Shown piece by piece: positions 62,174 through 64,000 of a stretch of 64,000 nt of DNA. A program made the translations under genes and the position numbers. The stretch comes from Eimeria praecox (Eukaryota), in assembly GCA_963920595.1 (NCBI GenBank), contig OY986950.1, positions 4,030,001-4,094,000 on the forward strand, written 5' to 3'. Positions within the stretch are counted from its first letter, which is position 1. Each line of letters opens with the position of its first letter. The notes under the pieces are model-generated. The model searched no databases. It had not been told where the DNA came from and saw only the letters and a program-made list of their open reading frames with translations.

Positions 62174-64000
62174 ATGGAGGCCGTCCAAAACGCACTGCGA
62201 TATAGGTTTATTCGCTGGTCTGCGAACGGACAGGGTATGGAAGAACTGGTCAAAAGCCAACAAGGGAAGCGGCCGATAGGGAATTACACCGAGGAGTTTC
62301 GGGCGTTACTGGCGAGAAGCCCAACAGTGGACTTGAAAGTGTGCATCAACGATTCAGAGCAGGGCTGTCCCCCGAAAAGACGCAATTGGCACGCGGATGG
62401 GCTGCATAAAGGTAACGAAAGGGTGAAAGAGTGGGAGTCGCGGGGAGGATAGAGTGTTTAAATATCAAAAGAAGAAAATTGGACACATCCACCGCCGTGG
62501 CTGTGGAAAAAGAAAGCGGATTTGGAAATGAACGAGTTATAGAGCCTATACATATTTGGGGTATGAGGGACGCCTTCTCTCAGGAAAGGACACAAAAGAC
62601 AACAGCCGGCAGCAGCAGGCGAATTCAGCCTCCAGAAAGCGGGATGGGTGGGAGGGTAGCATGGCCTGGGGGTTGTTGGTACTCGTATTCGTACTTGTTC
62701 GCAGGCCGACTACGGTAGATCAAGTACGTATCTAAAAAATAGTCTAAACTACAGTATACAAGGCTAGAGCATTCAGCAAAGGGCCAATGGCTGGGCATGC
62801 ATGTGGGGCTGCCTTGTAGCACTAGTTGCAGCAAGGCGCGTTGCAGCCCAGGACAGGTGTCGTTTTACCAGCTCAAGCGTTTGGGAAGCGGCGCCTAGTA
62901 GGCTTGGACGGTGCAGGGGAGGTCAGTTACGTCTTACAATTTCTTTTCCTAACTATGTGACTCTTTTGCCGTTCATGAGGTTTCACGGCTCAGATCGAGG
63001 ACTTTCTTTAGAGGGGGGGGCGGGGGGCAGGGTAGCGAGGGGAAGAGACGCAATGAACGCGCATCGTCCTCTTTGACAACAAATGAAGCTACATGAATCT
63101 AGATTGGACACTCAGCAAAGAGCAAAGGACTTGAGAAGCAGGAGCAGCACAGTCAGGGGAAGAAAGAGTGAGACTAGCGAAATGCCCTGGCCACGAAGCA
63201 ACGCGCGAAGCAGCGATGCGGGCGAAAGAGGTGGCAATCATACCGGCAGTTCCTATTCGAGGCACCCCACTGCTTTCCCAACTTCTTATTGATAATTAGG
63301 AGTTGTTAGCGCTACTTGACAGTGGATACGAAGTGGATATAGTATCTTAAGTTACAGCGAGAACGTGCAGTTATCGATCCATTCGTTGGGACAGCCCGTC
63401 TGAATACAGTTCGTTGATGGGAGAGAGAACACGAGAAAAGACAAGGGCTACGGCGTAAAATGCAAGCTCGATGCAGAAATGGGTTTTATTACTATGATAC
63501 GGGACTTTTATGCTGAATCAGTTTTTGACGGGATTGTCCTAGGCATGCAATGGGCAACGCCGTGGAGAGCGCACGTGCGCCCACTATATGATACTACTGA
63601 GCTCGACTATCCGAGAAACAATGATAGACTGTATCTTTCAGAGGTGTCAGTGGCATCTGCATCCTAGACGAAACACAAGAGTGGAATCAGTTTCCCAAAA
63701 GGAAAGGAGTGAGGAGGCTCCTACTCAGGGCATTGTCGATGCTGGAAACGACAAAGAAAGGCATGCACTCCGTCAGGAAGGCCCTACGAAGACCTCAGTT
63801 TTGGGGCATTAAAACCAGATTGAAGTCGGAAAACAGAAGAAGCGGGCACTATTGAAGGAAAAGGTCTCGGAAGCATTAACACGATACAAGCGAGGCGCTG
63901 GTTGCACGGCGAAAGCCTAGTGCATCGCATAGAACTCATTGGTGGACAAGCGCCACGCTTTGTTACAAGATGGGAACGACCTCCGCATCTTGAAGAGCGA
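62174..64000 (+). mobile_element. Degenerate Ty3/gypsy-like (chromovirus-type) LTR retrotransposon remnant: gag, aspartic protease and pre-RT linker; continues beyond the window
   Basis: Gag-like VQNALRYRF..MEELVKSQQGKRPIGNYTEEFRALL (62174-62320); protease ELLALLDSGYEVDIVS* (~63300-63350) then FDGIVLGMQW (~63524-63553); HRIELIGGQAPRFVTRWERPPHLEER (~63923-64000), the typical linker before RT. Stops and frameshifts lie between the blocks. Confidence 0.78.

Overview
Eukaryotic genomic DNA from a coccidian apicomplexan, almost certainly Eimeria (dense CAG/CTG triplet arrays inside and outside genes, interstitial telomere-like AAACCCT/AGGGTTT arrays, TGCATGCA motifs, GT-AG introns). Most ORFs in the supplied track are microsatellite artefacts, so I rebuilt gene models by hand from splice signals and reading-frame phase. 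Bases 1 to ~51.8 kb are repeat-rich and hold nine genes: (1) a PKA regulatory subunit with an RIIa/Dpy-30-like docking domain, running off the left edge; (2) a huge divergent cyclin; (3) TFIIA gamma; (4) V-ATPase subunit B; (5) a CCCH zinc-finger protein with QQQH(M/I) repeats; (6) RPB12/RPABC4; (7) a RAP-domain protein; (8) an RF-1-domain (ICT1/ArfB/C12orf65-like) protein with a bipartite leader and GGS in place of GGQ; (9) a CRT-like transporter. A tenth gene, a 17-exon type I membrane M14 carboxypeptidase, closes this segment. After ~52 kb the DNA becomes repeat-poor. It carries two divergent, intronless, signal-peptide genes that share an SFLQ + W/R-rich motif; one also has 11 tandem repeats, polyproline, a WH2-like helix and an SH3-ligand-like motif. 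The window ends in a decayed Ty3/gypsy-like retrotransposon. The leads most worth following are the candidate secreted effector pair, the GGS release-factor homologue, inverted telomeric arrays bracketing many introns, repeated tandem duplication of exon ends, and a dispersed GGTGTA-NN-TACACC palindrome. All family calls come from motif recognition by eye; no database search was run.
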